Shown: positions 46,501 through 56,450 of the stretch, one piece after another
Layout of the letters: each line of letters begins with the position of its first letter
Position numbering within the stretch: the first letter of the stretch is position 1
IMG/VR virus record: IMGVR_UViG_3300046534_001193
Span: 1 to 64,000 of that record
Source of the DNA: a virus
Direction: 5' to 3' (one strand)
Length of the DNA: 64,000 nt
Program-made: the position numbers and the translations under genes
The notes under the pieces: generated by a model
The model's database searches: none
What the model saw: the letters and a program-made list of their open reading frames with translations, nothing else
What the model was told of the DNA's origin: nothing

Positions 46501-47926
46501 TACCTTTGGCGGCAAAGTTTTTGCGTATGAGATAATTGATGGTGGCACTAACTCTGGTTCTGATATTGCTGATCAGCTTAATTACGATGCTGCTGCTAAT
46601 CCCAACACTGTTATCCCTGGAGGTACTGGTTTACGTTATTTTGAAATGCCTGACGGTATTATTTACAACGCTACTGGGCAAGAGACTGAGCGTGGTTATA
46701 AAGAAGGCACAACCCCTGCTTTGGTCGGATTTTATGTGAGCCGCAGCAGCGCCGACCACCCCGACTTCACGCAGTTTCAAGCTGACGATGGGACGTATTA
46801 TATTCCAGCAGTAAACTCCAACATTAGCGGTTCAAATCTTGAGAATACAGCTGGTGGAACTGTCGAGCGCAGAATGCAAATCATCAACTCGACAGCTAAA
46901 GCAGCGTCAGCATGGCAAGCGAGTACCGCATACAGTGTGGGCGATGTAAGGTTGCGTTCAACAGGCGCAGGCACCGAGCAAATTGGCGGACTGTTTATAC
47001 GGTGTACTACGCCAGGCACTTCAAACGACACAGAGCCAACTTGGAATACAACATTAGCAAACACCACCGCTGACACTAATGGTTCGGGCGATGGTGATGT
47101 TGTCTGGACTATTTACGGAATTGTTTACTACGATGATGACCCTGCCGCTACGGGTTACGCTGCCACCTATATTGATGGCCAAGAGTTTGCATCCAGTGAG
47201 TCTTTTGAAGTCAGATTTGCAGAAGAAGATCCTGAAACCAGATTTGTGTTTGGTAGTGTGTCAGGCATTACCTCAAGCTCTGGCTTTTCTTTTGCGATGT
47301 CCGTCGAGGTAGTTTCTCCTTACGCAGAATGGCAATCGGGTGGCTCATTCTACGGAACACAACAGGACTCTACCTATTCACCAAATTTTGATTATGACTA
47401 TATCGTTTTAGATACCAACACTAATTACTATGGCGCAGGTGCGGGAGTGTACTATTGCTATATTCTGACGACTTCTCAGGGGATGTACGAATTTTGGGGA
47501 GGCGTTACAATTGTTGACGCTGGAAGTATTCGGATTAACAACGGAACTGTTAATCTATACTTTGACGAGACTAATGGTTTTGTTAGGCAATTAGACAACG
47601 TTAGAATATGGAGAGTTGATGGCGCTAGGCCAGCGCTTGACCCGACAACGGGCGGCTCAGGCATAGAAATCAAATGGGAAGTTCCTGTTCAAGTTATTGA
47701 AATAAATACAGGCTCAGCAGTCAATCAAGCAACTGTTCAATCAGCGCTAACCGCCCAAGGCTATACATCAGGTAGAGCGCCAGAGCTTGACAAGATCAAT
47801 GCTGTCAAAGTTAAAACTGATGATATGACGTACACTATCGGTAACCAGCTCGATGTAAACGTCCAATCAGTCAATGATGTTCTATTGGCGGGCGATGGCG
47901 ATGCTACTCCAATGGGCCCTACCTAA
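43508..47926 (+). CDS. large beta-rich virion adhesin with CBM5/12-like module
   Basis: 1472 aa S/T/G-rich; AWQASTAYSVGD...TEPTW...VVW. Confidence 0.75.
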   Translation: MAYIVDTKISSGASGSTTVKLPAHLENDVVFVFWNSLNPGTITGPGGSWQETTIANPGAADSKAYFQRVGGSSLADPVITNTTTSRQPGAMSAVVRGADVSTATSCVDDEDSVGSSSALTLTTSAMTLSGTSSLILLFGSGERGDEVPVLASGSGIEVLYFAPGDDANMFLAYNYATGSASDTHTIYQLNTDSEGMALAAIAIKDDGNYVNKGYVSTSNAAELVFLNVGNHVHTITEEDVTNVGFTPQISSITHAISGITKNTIDDSTSLGSSGPLHRIDTHAQYGITIIFNTGQGESTDLILTKGMTFATAIDLSGQILAFSGLTLSKFTESIDNLGRLIGFSDGTNASVFLFDGSDALVTSQNGLTAFLLETAPSGSPTTLTGYEIDTFGAGNLDWSAIETIFVGASSTNSTGIEYHTGPMYKLKTFPMLGGTETFPLSFDDVVKASTAGALNVATAQSGQTTGQFYLMGNVTIGDGVEDVYWESKNQSVEFPRSYNYSEKSLQCQISAGALSLTINAASVDSVISPITTTINFGNFHNFVEHADTFDGDIYDYTNLTLLNSSTTLQGSKTNIDRSGAIWSGGKQITHNAPTTASTARVFKDTVVSNVAVGETAAIEAITTQEQFKNAVTGATFKNNTNAPAILITGNQTGTWADDPGLTVSGNTFDIKYTGTTDFSIPSSVSLTVQNTEAEAAGNTGLTIVLPANTLSINSDLSALIRYFVDDEQTVADSDTNTTLGYDYANTNPIDIEVLLQGYVLVNRQNVTPVNGPFDIELDPDEAYNSGHALNIDTEYAYVRGTKVLTFNSDQQARNVYSSLSDEIRLDSAYFNTKLLMTAIGPTRFDLTVGMTVADMQYWKGAGSQVYNALDAVNPTEKWCFVKSGGNITGSTTHFRQTDSGASTALTLTNNVVDEAFQYYRDDNHDGDTSDTDEYNYNDYMLIKSFLAGSKQSRVDVLVSQGISEIESYQYAVSLANASHGYSGTDPGISAQITMVAGDTFGGKVFAYEIIDGGTNSGSDIADQLNYDAAANPNTVIPGGTGLRYFEMPDGIIYNATGQETERGYKEGTTPALVGFYVSRSSADHPDFTQFQADDGTYYIPAVNSNISGSNLENTAGGTVERRMQIINSTAKAASAWQASTAYSVGDVRLRSTGAGTEQIGGLFIRCTTPGTSNDTEPTWNTTLANTTADTNGSGDGDVVWTIYGIVYYDDDPAATGYAATYIDGQEFASSESFEVRFAEEDPETRFVFGSVSGITSSSGFSFAMSVEVVSPYAEWQSGGSFYGTQQDSTYSPNFDYDYIVLDTNTNYYGAGAGVYYCYILTTSQGMYEFWGGVTIVDAGSIRINNGTVNLYFDETNGFVRQLDNVRIWRVDGARPALDPTTGGSGIEIKWEVPVQVIEINTGSAVNQATVQSALTAQGYTSGRAPELDKINAVKVKTDDMTYTIGNQLDVNVQSVNDVLLAGDGDATPMGPT

Positions 47927-47946
47927 AATGATACAGATAATCGATC

Positions 47947-48861
47947 GTGGTATCGAAGGTGGCGAGTGAACCTGTAAATAATTTTTGGGCTGACGGCTTC
48001 TGGGCTACTGGATTTTGGGCCGAAGGTTTTTGGGCAGGCGACGGGCTAGGTACTGATGTTACTGTTGGTCAGATAACTGAGTCTGAGACTTTATTTGGCT
48101 TAGCAGTTATACAAGGCACTACCGCTGTTACTGTTGGTCAGATAACTGAGTCTGAGACTTTATTTGTTTTAACGCCTGTACAAGGAGTAGCCAGTCTCGC
48201 TGTTGGGCAGGTAACTGAGTCTGAGGCTTTATTCGGCCTGACCGTTGCACAAGGTTTAGTCAGTGTTGATGTCGGACAATTAACTGAGTCCGAATTATTA
48301 TTTAACTCCGCCGTTGTAACCGGAACTGCTAGTCTCGCAGTTGCACAGCTAACTGAGTCCGAGTTATTATTCGATTCTCAAGTTTTAAGCGGCTCGGTCA
48401 GTCTCAGTGTTGGACAAGTAACTGAGTCCGAGTCCTTATTCAGCTTAGCTGCGCAACTTGTAATTAGTGTTGATGTCGGACAGCTAACCGAGTCAGAGTC
48501 TATATTTGACTCGGCAATTGTGCCAGGCGCAACCAGTGTCACCGTTAGTCGGATAAACGAGTCTGAATTATTATTTGACTCCACTGTAAGCGGTTTGGTT
48601 ATTGTCTCTGCTGGACAGCTAATTGAGTCCGAGTCTATATCAGGCTTAGCAGTTATAATAGGAGTCTCTAGCCCTGCTGCCGTACAAATATCTGAGTCCG
48701 AGTTCATATTTGATTTAGTAGTTATAAAGGACTCGATTGACCCAAATGCCTTTAGGCCTTTCAGAACACTGTCTTTGGGCCTGACTCAAGAGGTTCTTTT
48801 CACTTGCAGCACTTTAGACGCACAATCGGGCAGCTGCAATATACTTAAGCGCTGTAGTTGA
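47947..48861 (+). CDS. repeat protein, FW-rich N-terminus + 10 x ~22-aa ESExLF units
   Basis: Repeats read directly from translation. Confidence 0.8.
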   Translation: MVSKVASEPVNNFWADGFWATGFWAEGFWAGDGLGTDVTVGQITESETLFGLAVIQGTTAVTVGQITESETLFVLTPVQGVASLAVGQVTESEALFGLTVAQGLVSVDVGQLTESELLFNSAVVTGTASLAVAQLTESELLFDSQVLSGSVSLSVGQVTESESLFSLAAQLVISVDVGQLTESESIFDSAIVPGATSVTVSRINESELLFDSTVSGLVIVSAGQLIESESISGLAVIIGVSSPAAVQISESEFIFDLVVIKDSIDPNAFRPFRTLSLGLTQEVLFTCSTLDAQSGSCNILKRCS

Positions 48862-48933
48862 TCTGATGGTACTATTGCACATAGAAGCCTAACGGTTGAT
48901 CCGCCCTGCACAAATTATCAACAGGAGAACAAG

Positions 48934-49314
48934 ATGAAAGTACAAATATTAGCTAGGCCATCATCCGGCGGCAATAGAGCTTACGGGATGAAAATGTTGT
49001 CACCACCTAATACTGGCAAACACAACTTCCGAAAAGACTGGCTGGAAGAACATCGCCAGTTTATCACTAAAACTGACGAGCGAATTACCCTTCACACTGT
49101 TGATGGGGATATTAATTTTAAGGTAGATCATCTGCCTGGTCGTTACTGCCTGACCACAAACGAAAGATTGCCGGACGTGTCGAAAGACCCTAAAGCGGAA
49201 GCCTGTCGTGCGCATGTAGCGGCTCAAGAAAATGCCGTAAAAACTGAGCGATGGCCTCACGGCTACATGGTTGTTGCACCTAAAATGATCAACACTACGA
49301 TGGAACAAGTCTAA
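48934..49314 (+). CDS. hypothetical protein
   Basis: AGGAG RBS, TAATG coupling to next gene. Confidence 0.8.
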   Translation: MKVQILARPSSGGNRAYGMKMLSPPNTGKHNFRKDWLEEHRQFITKTDERITLHTVDGDINFKVDHLPGRYCLTTNERLPDVSKDPKAEACRAHVAAQENAVKTERWPHGYMVVAPKMINTTMEQV

Positions 49315-49787
49315 TGGCCAACATAATCCCTAATGAGTCGCTAGGACTTACGCGCCGTTACCTTCAAAATGTTGAAGATAATTCTCCAGCAGCAGCTCTT
49401 GTGCGTGTCCATGCATGGGTAATAACTGCGGCTGATACTAATATTATAGACATGACGGGTAACACTGTCCAAGCACTCGCGGCCTTAGCTGACATAGCCG
49501 AGGCGACAAACACTGACTATACCAATCAATCCTTTGACGATGCTGATATAACAATTGATGTCAATGACGCCAACAACCGGATAGACATCAGTTACTCTGA
49601 CTTGACTTTTACGAGTGTCGACGGCGGTGACGATTGGACACATATAACAGTGAGCTACGACGCTAGCGGGTCAGACACGGACGCCAATACGGAAGTGTTG
49701 CATGTGCTAGATTTTGTTGTGTCTCCTAATGGTGGCGATATTACTGTCGACTTCCCAGCGGTTTGCTACAGAATTGCGCAAGCTTAA
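49314..49787 (+). CDS. putative structural fibre subunit
   Basis: 157 aa beta-rich, acidic; PNGGDITV C-terminal motif. Confidence 0.6.
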   Translation: MANIIPNESLGLTRRYLQNVEDNSPAAALVRVHAWVITAADTNIIDMTGNTVQALAALADIAEATNTDYTNQSFDDADITIDVNDANNRIDISYSDLTFTSVDGGDDWTHITVSYDASGSDTDANTEVLHVLDFVVSPNGGDITVDFPAVCYRIAQA

Positions 49788-49821
49788 CTGCGGGTTATGA
49801 TAATTATAGGTTGGGTATTAG

Positions 49822-51672
49822 ATGGGCACATTAGCAGATAGAGTTAAGGAAACGTTTACCACTACGGGCGACGGCGATATTACGTTGGGTAATCCGGTGG
49901 CTAACCATCAATCTATATATGAAGCCCAAGGCCTCAATGATCCTATCGAATATTTCTGGCAGGATGACGACAATGAAGCATGGGAGTCTGGGGTAGGGCA
50001 GCATACCACCACTACAAATTTCGAGCGCACAACAATAAAGAGCAATTCAAGCGGGACAACTGATCCGTTGGTCATTGGGTCTGGTACAAAAAGTATAATC
50101 TGCTCTCGAAGTGCAGTTACCATTGCTGAACTTTTCGACCAGAGCGTAGCAAGTGGCGCAAGCCCGAACTTTAATATTGCTAACATGACGTTAGACGATA
50201 CTGATTTAGAGGTTGTTAACACTACCAACTTGCAAACATTTGCAGAAGAAGTAGATGATGCTTTGCGCAGGGCGAGAGGGACAGGAATCTCAACGACTTA
50301 TGTCTCTACTGCCACAGCAGGGGGAACAACGTTTGACCAGCCAGCCGTAAAAGGTGAAATAACTAGTGATGAAGGTTATTTTAGAATTGTTTACGCAGGT
50401 GCTACAGGTGTACCAGTTGCGAACTTATCTGCTACTTCTACTTGGGTTTACATTGACAAAAACAGTGCATTGCAGCAACAAACTACTGCCCCAACTAGGC
50501 AAGACAGAACCAGAAAAGCATTTGTGATGCGTATTGGTGTTAACGTGTCTTCTAATGAGATAATTGGTTTTGAGTATGAGAATAACCCCATAGGTCATTA
50601 TGCTAACAGCCTGAGAGATTTGTACGAGTTTTTGCTGGTGCAAGGTGTGCCGTTCAAAAGAGACCAGATTGTAACGGGTAGGACAGACAACCTTGGATTT
50701 GATGTGTCAGCAGGGAGTCTCTTAGAGTTCGGCGGTACAGGCGATATCAACAACCCAAACATTAAGAGTTTTGACTTAGTATCAAATGCAAGCTACAACT
50801 TGCTGTCAAGAACAGCACTTATATCATCCGAGACAAACCTCCCGACAGTTTGGGACAACGCTGGTTCTGTAATCGCATTAGGCTCTACAACTTTTGCAGG
50901 TCATAGATTGTACAGATTTAGTTCTGGTAACTTCGCTATTCAGTACGGGCAAGGAAACTATGCAAACATAAATCTTGCAAGAACTGGAGTAAGGTTAGAA
51001 GATTACGTTTTAAACCCAGTGCTTAAAGACGCAACATTTTTTGGTTGGTGGCTTGTCGCTTTAGAGACGACAGCTACATCAGGAGTAGCAAACGCAGAAT
51101 TTGTTGAGTATACGATAGGAATACAGGGCGGCAGCTCCAGCGGTTTATCGGGTGCCGCGCTTAGGGGTAATAATCTTTCTGACTTGACGGATGTAGACGC
51201 AGCAAAAACAAACATAGGACTTGGAACTGGCGACACTCCTGAGCTTGCAGGTGCGAATTTTACAGGTGATGTCAGTATAGAGGCTACAGGCATAGTCGAC
51301 ATCCTAGGCGGCACCGTCAAGCTAAACAACGCTACCATGTCGGCAATACAAGTTACAATTGCTGATGATGGTGTTGCTACATTGACTTTTCCTAATCGCT
51401 CGTTTGGGGTGCTTAATATGACCGTGGGAAGCAATGCGACTAACGCCAGTAATTCAGACGTTTGTTTTATTGGCTACGTTTCTTTTGGCACCAGCTCTAG
51501 TGTGAACGCTGCACTTACAGGGGCCGACGTTGAGACAAACATTGTAGACACTCTTGCAGGAGCAACCGGAACAGATGGGGCTGTCACTATAGGTTTGGCA
51601 GGGGTAAGCCGAACCTTATACATTGAAAACCGCCAAGGCTACGGTATAACCCTTAACATAACTCTACTCTAA
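49822..51672 (+). CDS. fibre/tip protein
   Basis: N-terminal LADRVKET.TTTG.G.ITL; NNLSDL...A..NIGLG fibre shaft motif. Confidence 0.75.
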   Translation: MGTLADRVKETFTTTGDGDITLGNPVANHQSIYEAQGLNDPIEYFWQDDDNEAWESGVGQHTTTTNFERTTIKSNSSGTTDPLVIGSGTKSIICSRSAVTIAELFDQSVASGASPNFNIANMTLDDTDLEVVNTTNLQTFAEEVDDALRRARGTGISTTYVSTATAGGTTFDQPAVKGEITSDEGYFRIVYAGATGVPVANLSATSTWVYIDKNSALQQQTTAPTRQDRTRKAFVMRIGVNVSSNEIIGFEYENNPIGHYANSLRDLYEFLLVQGVPFKRDQIVTGRTDNLGFDVSAGSLLEFGGTGDINNPNIKSFDLVSNASYNLLSRTALISSETNLPTVWDNAGSVIALGSTTFAGHRLYRFSSGNFAIQYGQGNYANINLARTGVRLEDYVLNPVLKDATFFGWWLVALETTATSGVANAEFVEYTIGIQGGSSSGLSGAALRGNNLSDLTDVDAAKTNIGLGTGDTPELAGANFTGDVSIEATGIVDILGGTVKLNNATMSAIQVTIADDGVATLTFPNRSFGVLNMTVGSNATNASNSDVCFIGYVSFGTSSSVNAALTGADVETNIVDTLAGATGTDGAVTIGLAGVSRTLYIENRQGYGITLNITLL

Positions 51673-51681
51673 GGAAATAAA

Positions 51682-51852
51682 ATGCAACCTAAATACACAG
51701 CACAACGGCTCGCCGACACCACCAATGGTTGGGTAGTTACAGAAATAGAAAATGAAAAAAAGAGTGTTGTATTCTGTAACACGTTGTCAAATACAGCTGA
51801 AGATGCCGTGGAACTTATCGAAGAAAGCCTAAATACTGATGAACCCACTTAA
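51682..51852 (+). CDS. 56-aa hypothetical protein (possible fibre chaperone)
   Basis: Manual translation MQPKYTAQRLADTTNGW...; AAGGA RBS. Confidence 0.65.
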   Translation: MQPKYTAQRLADTTNGWVVTEIENEKKSVVFCNTLSNTAEDAVELIEESLNTDEPT

Positions 51853-51885
51853 CCAAAGCCTAAGCGCTACAGGCAATAATACGCT

Positions 51886-52347
51886 ATGAGTTTAGGCTTC
51901 GCCCCTTTAGGCACCTTGCCCCTTGGCGGTCAAGTTGTTGACCCTAGCCCACAATCGGTTGCTGTATACCAGCTAACCGAAAGCGAAGCGCTATTTAGTT
52001 CTTCTGCTGTCCCAGGTGTCACCAGCATAGCGGCATCATTAGCCAGCGAACAAGAAACTTTATTTGACTTGGCAGTAGCTACAGCGATATCAATTAGCTC
52101 AGTCCAAGTAGACGAAAATGAATCTTTATTTGACTTGGCAGTATCTCATGGAGCCTTTAGTGTAGCTACTTCTCAAATAACTGAGTCAGAATCCTTATTT
52201 GATTTGTCAGTATCTGAGGGTGGCTTCGGTAAAGCTGCCTCACAGATTACCGAAAGTGAGTCATTGCTGGCAGCAACAGCGCGAATATCTTTCCTAGGAA
52301 AAACAGTTTACGCGACTTTAAGTATATCCAGACACATCTCATTTTAA
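51886..52347 (+). CDS. repeat protein, LGFAPLG N-terminus + 5 x ~22-aa ESExLF units
   Basis: Same repeat as 47947-48861. Confidence 0.8.
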   Translation: MSLGFAPLGTLPLGGQVVDPSPQSVAVYQLTESEALFSSSAVPGVTSIAASLASEQETLFDLAVATAISISSVQVDENESLFDLAVSHGAFSVATSQITESESLFDLSVSEGGFGKAASQITESESLLAATARISFLGKTVYATLSISRHISF

Positions 52348-52449
52348 GTGAGAATGTTCCAGTGATAAGCGACTCGCCTATAGAGACTAAGTTGCTAGAC
52401 TGAAGGAATTAAAGTATCCTTGTTTTTAACGCTAATCTAGCAGGGCCAA

Positions 52450-52764
52450 ATGTCGACAATAACTGGTGAGATACACGTCAACTCCGTAGGCACAGTCTTC
52501 GAAATAACCTTAATCGAAAACGGCACAGCAGTACCTATAGCCACTGCCACGACCTTAACGATAACTTTTAAGAAGGCTACAGGCGCTACTATTAGTCGTG
52601 CGGCCGCATTGTCTACGGACGGATTTGACGGCAAGATGAGTTACGCTACTATCAGCGGAGACTTAGACGTTGACGGTTCATGGATGTTACAAGCGTACAT
52701 AGCCATGCCCAGCTGGCAGGGTTACTCCAGTATTGGGGAATTTGAAGTTTTGGGAAATCTTTAG
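52450..52764 (+). CDS. BppU-N-like Ig-fold adaptor
   Basis: GK..Y....GDLD..G.W..Q pattern. Confidence 0.65.
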   Translation: MSTITGEIHVNSVGTVFEITLIENGTAVPIATATTLTITFKKATGATISRAAALSTDGFDGKMSYATISGDLDVDGSWMLQAYIAMPSWQGYSSIGEFEVLGNL

Positions 52765-52774
52765 GAGAAAAATC

Positions 52775-53005
52775 ATGTTAGAACAAATAAAAGAAAGCTT
52801 GGCGCAGTTTCAAAAAGAGAAAGGCACTGAGCTGTCGCTTCGAGACAATCAAGGCATTGCCAAGATAAACTCGGAGTTAGGATTGTTAGCTGAGCGTCAC
52901 GAAAAAGAGCCGGTTAAAGTAAGTTCTGAGCTGGAGCTACTAACCGGTGAAGGCAAAAAACAGCCCGCTAAAAGTCTGCGGGCTAATAAGCACGGGGTTA
53001 TTTAA
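52775..53005 (+). CDS. hypothetical protein
   Basis: ATG 52775 behind AGGAG. Confidence 0.65.
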   Translation: MLEQIKESLAQFQKEKGTELSLRDNQGIAKINSELGLLAERHEKEPVKVSSELELLTGEGKKQPAKSLRANKHGVI

Positions 53006-53266
53006 TTACAGTTCTACCGCCCCAACTGCATTCCACTGGCTAGGCATGTCGTCTACATACTGCTCTAGCACGTCACTGCCCACCGTCTGATCGTAGTAGC
53101 AAGCTGTGGCTGGGGCAGTAGGTGTTCCGACCATGGCCGCCAATTCCCTGCCTCTGTCTTCGGCTATTGATTCTGTGTCATATACGCAATCGATTATTGC
53201 ATGCCTGTTTATGACTGGCAGCCACCCAAAACAGCGTATTTTACCTTCGCTTGTAAATTCAATCAT
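53006..53266 (-). CDS. hypothetical protein
   Basis: GGAG RBS; last gene of leftward replication arm. Confidence 0.7.
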   Translation of the reverse strand: MIEFTSEGKIRCFGWLPVINRHAIIDCVYDTESIAEDRGRELAAMVGTPTAPATACYYDQTVGSDVLEQYVDDMPSQWNAVGAVEL

Positions 53267-53280
53267 TACTACTCTCCATT

Positions 53281-55419
53281 TTAAAGTTCGACTATATTGG
53301 TGGCAACGCCTTTGTCGGACTCTCTGTGAGTTACCATAAGTACCTGTTCATTGCCGAGAAGGGCGCCTGACAATCTCATGGCGGGCTCTTCTCGCATTGC
53401 CTCTGTAGGTTCATCCAGCACCACAAGGGCACAGGAGCTGCGCAAAGACTTCGCCAATGCTAATCTGACAGCTACGCCTATGAAGCCTCTCTGCATGCCA
53501 GACGCACTCTCTACCGGTGCAAATACACCATCTTCACAATACATAAAGCCTTCTTTTTCCGATCGCATCAGTGCAGTGATACTGTTATTAGTCGATTGCA
53601 TCAGAAATCCTGAAGCCGCACCGAGTATGTTAGCCCATACTGAGGTCAGGAACCTAGAACGAGAGTCTTTCAAGTATTGTACAAAGTCTGACAAAGTTTT
53701 GACTTTACCTAGCTTTTCTTGGAATTCCAGTTCATCAGCCAAAGCCTTGCCTAGCTCTTTGATTTCCGTAGCCATCTCAGACAGCTGAATCTTCGCACCG
53801 TTTATAAGGTCTCTCGATTGGTTGAAATCAACTTCAAATTGCTTTATCTCATCCCGCAAGGTTTGAAGGGCAAGTTGACCTACGACTGGTAAAGACAATC
53901 CGTGTAGCTGCGCCAAGTCGGCATTGGCTGCTTTGATGCCTTCCTCCGCACTTGCCAGCTTAGCCGCATTATCATTTATCTGCTTTTGCAGGGAGGTTGC
54001 TAAAGTTTGAGACTTTCTGTCGTTCTGCAATAGCTTAGACTCGGCACCGGTATCAGTCCAAATAGCAGTTTCTAAGTAGGCATCATTTTCTGCAATACGC
54101 TCTTCCCAATCCAATTGCCGCTTGTGCCAGCCTTTGTAGTACGTGTCGTAATCCTGCTCTTCGGCGTCAAATATAGGCTTGGCGATAGCTGCCTTATCTT
54201 CTATCTCTGCCAGCTTGGCCAGCAATGGTTTTAGAGAGTCTTTAGCTGATTGCAGCTCTTCTACGTGCGCAGCCTTTGACTCTTCACTGACAATGCTCTG
54301 CTTACAGGCTGAGCAAACGCCTGAGGCTAAGGCTTGTTCGGTTGCAGTTACAAGGGATTGGGCACTTTTAGCTTCAGGGGATATTTTTGCGTAATCCTCG
54401 CGCAATTGGTCTACAACTGCTTTAGCTTTGGTAACTTTGTTGGATAGCTCATTGTCATTGATAATTCCAGCTTTGCAATTTCCTAAGACCTCCTTAAACT
54501 TCTCAGAGCTTTCCTTTACTCGGGCTATCTCTGTATTGGTTGCAATAGCTTTATTGTTATTTCGCTCACGTTGATCAAGATCTTCTTCGCTTGCTATTTC
54601 GCCTAGTTCAGCCAGCTCAGCAGCCAGACTTTTAGCAGTTGCACTGTACAATGCTTCTGAGGCTATAGCGCTTCCTAAAGTATTTTCAGCTACCGCAATG
54701 TCCCGAGTATTCTGCTCAGCCTTCTGGTTGCCTTGTTCACCGGCTTCTAAATGTCGCTGCGATATAGCCTTGGAAGCTGTCGTTTTAGCAGAGTCGTCTT
54801 CCTCTTCTGCGATGTTTTTAGCTAATTCAGCATGTTCAGCTGTGACTTCTTTTGTTCGGGACTCGATTTCGGCTGCGCTGCTAGTAACTCGACTCTCCGA
54901 AAACGAATCAGTATCGCGCTTCAAATCTCGCAAGTCGGTGCCAGCCAGCTTAATCATTTCGTCAATGAACTCGACGCCCGAGAACCTCTCTACGTCGCGC
55001 TGCAGCTGAGTTGAACCGATAGTTAGCAACGCTGATGTCTCGCCTTGTGCTGACCAGTTCAGCATTCTGAAACCTTTCAGGTCGGTGCCTGTTATATTTT
55101 CTTCAATGTAGGCTGAGCAGACGGAGTTACCAGTGGCAACCGGTGTGTTATCGACTAACACTTTGCAATTCTTCAAGGTGCGAATGATTGTATATTGAGC
55201 CATAACTACTATTACTTCACAGTCTTTCTCTCCCCAAGTCGGAATCTTGTCGGCGCTACCTGGTACAGCTTTGACGCCAAACAAGGCAAACATCAGCGCT
55301 TGGGTAACCGTAGTCTTACCCTTGGCGTTGTCACCGCAGATAATGTTCAAGTCTGGCGTGAAGTCGAAGTGTCCACTAGCCAGCTTCTTAAAGTTTTTAG
55401 TTGTGATAGATTTTAACAT
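53281..55419 (-). CDS. sbcC: SbcC/Rad50-like ATPase
   Basis: GDNAKGKT Walker A, coiled coil, CSAC zinc hook, ASG signature, VVLDEP, VTH. Confidence 0.92.
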   Translation of the reverse strand: MLKSITTKNFKKLASGHFDFTPDLNIICGDNAKGKTTVTQALMFALFGVKAVPGSADKIPTWGEKDCEVIVVMAQYTIIRTLKNCKVLVDNTPVATGNSVCSAYIEENITGTDLKGFRMLNWSAQGETSALLTIGSTQLQRDVERFSGVEFIDEMIKLAGTDLRDLKRDTDSFSESRVTSSAAEIESRTKEVTAEHAELAKNIAEEEDDSAKTTASKAISQRHLEAGEQGNQKAEQNTRDIAVAENTLGSAIASEALYSATAKSLAAELAELGEIASEEDLDQRERNNNKAIATNTEIARVKESSEKFKEVLGNCKAGIINDNELSNKVTKAKAVVDQLREDYAKISPEAKSAQSLVTATEQALASGVCSACKQSIVSEESKAAHVEELQSAKDSLKPLLAKLAEIEDKAAIAKPIFDAEEQDYDTYYKGWHKRQLDWEERIAENDAYLETAIWTDTGAESKLLQNDRKSQTLATSLQKQINDNAAKLASAEEGIKAANADLAQLHGLSLPVVGQLALQTLRDEIKQFEVDFNQSRDLINGAKIQLSEMATEIKELGKALADELEFQEKLGKVKTLSDFVQYLKDSRSRFLTSVWANILGAASGFLMQSTNNSITALMRSEKEGFMYCEDGVFAPVESASGMQRGFIGVAVRLALAKSLRSSCALVVLDEPTEAMREEPAMRLSGALLGNEQVLMVTHRESDKGVATNIVEL

Positions 55420-56450
55420 TGCACTAGCCCTCTGTAATATTCATAAGTTTCTTCCAGATCCCCGCCCTTAAGCTGTTCGGCAATAACCTCTGGCAGCTTG
55501 TCAAAGTCGACCGTCTCAATTACTTGGTGGTCTTCACTGACAATGCGAACACTGTTGCGAATCATTAATACGCCTGGGTGCTGCCAATAGTGCTTAATAG
55601 CCTCAGCTAATTGCACACCTTTGTCAGCTGTTATTTCACCTTTGATATCGACGATTGTAGTCGTAGCATTTAGCTCTGGCAGCAAGTCTTCTGCGTTAAA
55701 GTCGATCTCTTGGTAGCAGGTCTCCATAGACCAAATCAAAGTCTTGTCTAGACTGGTAGGCGTCAAATCGTAGTAATACTTATCAGAGATGTCTGAAAAG
55801 CTGGTAGGGTGAGTGCAACCACAGATGACTAGTCTGCCGCCGAGCAATTGCCGAGGCTGATGCTCGTGCCCGAGAAAGATGTAGTCGCAGATTGTTAGCA
55901 ACTTCTCTGCTTGCACCTTAGTCAGATTAAGGCTGGTGTCGAGGCCTTGTGTGTGGCCATTCTCATAGTTGCAATGTAAGAAGACTGCGCGAAAGGTTGA
56001 CTCGTCATGTGCATAATCCATCGACTCTAAGGCTGCGTCAAATAGCTCCTGCGAGCCGTGGTGAGGTACAAAGGCCAAAGACATGCCTTCAAGTTCACCG
56101 TACTCGACGTGATGGCTGGCGAAGTCAGGATTGATAAGAAAGCTAGTTTCGGGCAACATCTCTGCCAATAGATCCAGAGAACTAACACTTTCAGCTACAT
56201 TTAAGCTGTCGTGGTTGCCCGCCAGTACAACATCGTAGTGCTTAGCCACCTTGGCAGCTTTTAATATATCGGCTTCTGAATTGGAGTAAGTGTCGAAAAG
56301 ATCGCCTACGCAAACTTTCGCTTTCGGCTTGCCTGCGGTTACTGAGTGTAAGGCATTGTAGTGGATAGCCTCGGCCAATGCGGCTCGGGAGGCTTTGGTT
56401 GTATGTGACTTACGTTGCAGAGCCAAGTGTGGATCAGTGGATATTCTCAT
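55413..56450 (-). CDS. sbcD: SbcD/Mre11-like metallophosphoesterase nuclease
   Basis: DPH, GDLFD, GNHD, GHEH motifs. Confidence 0.92.
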   Translation of the reverse strand: MRISTDPHLALQRKSHTTKASRAALAEAIHYNALHSVTAGKPKAKVCVGDLFDTYSNSEADILKAAKVAKHYDVVLAGNHDSLNVAESVSSLDLLAEMLPETSFLINPDFASHHVEYGELEGMSLAFVPHHGSQELFDAALESMDYAHDESTFRAVFLHCNYENGHTQGLDTSLNLTKVQAEKLLTICDYIFLGHEHQPRQLLGGRLVICGCTHPTSFSDISDKYYYDLTPTSLDKTLIWSMETCYQEIDFNAEDLLPELNATTTIVDIKGEITADKGVQLAEAIKHYWQHPGVLMIRNSVRIVSEDHQVIETVDFDKLPEVIAEQLKGGDLEETYEYYRGLVQC

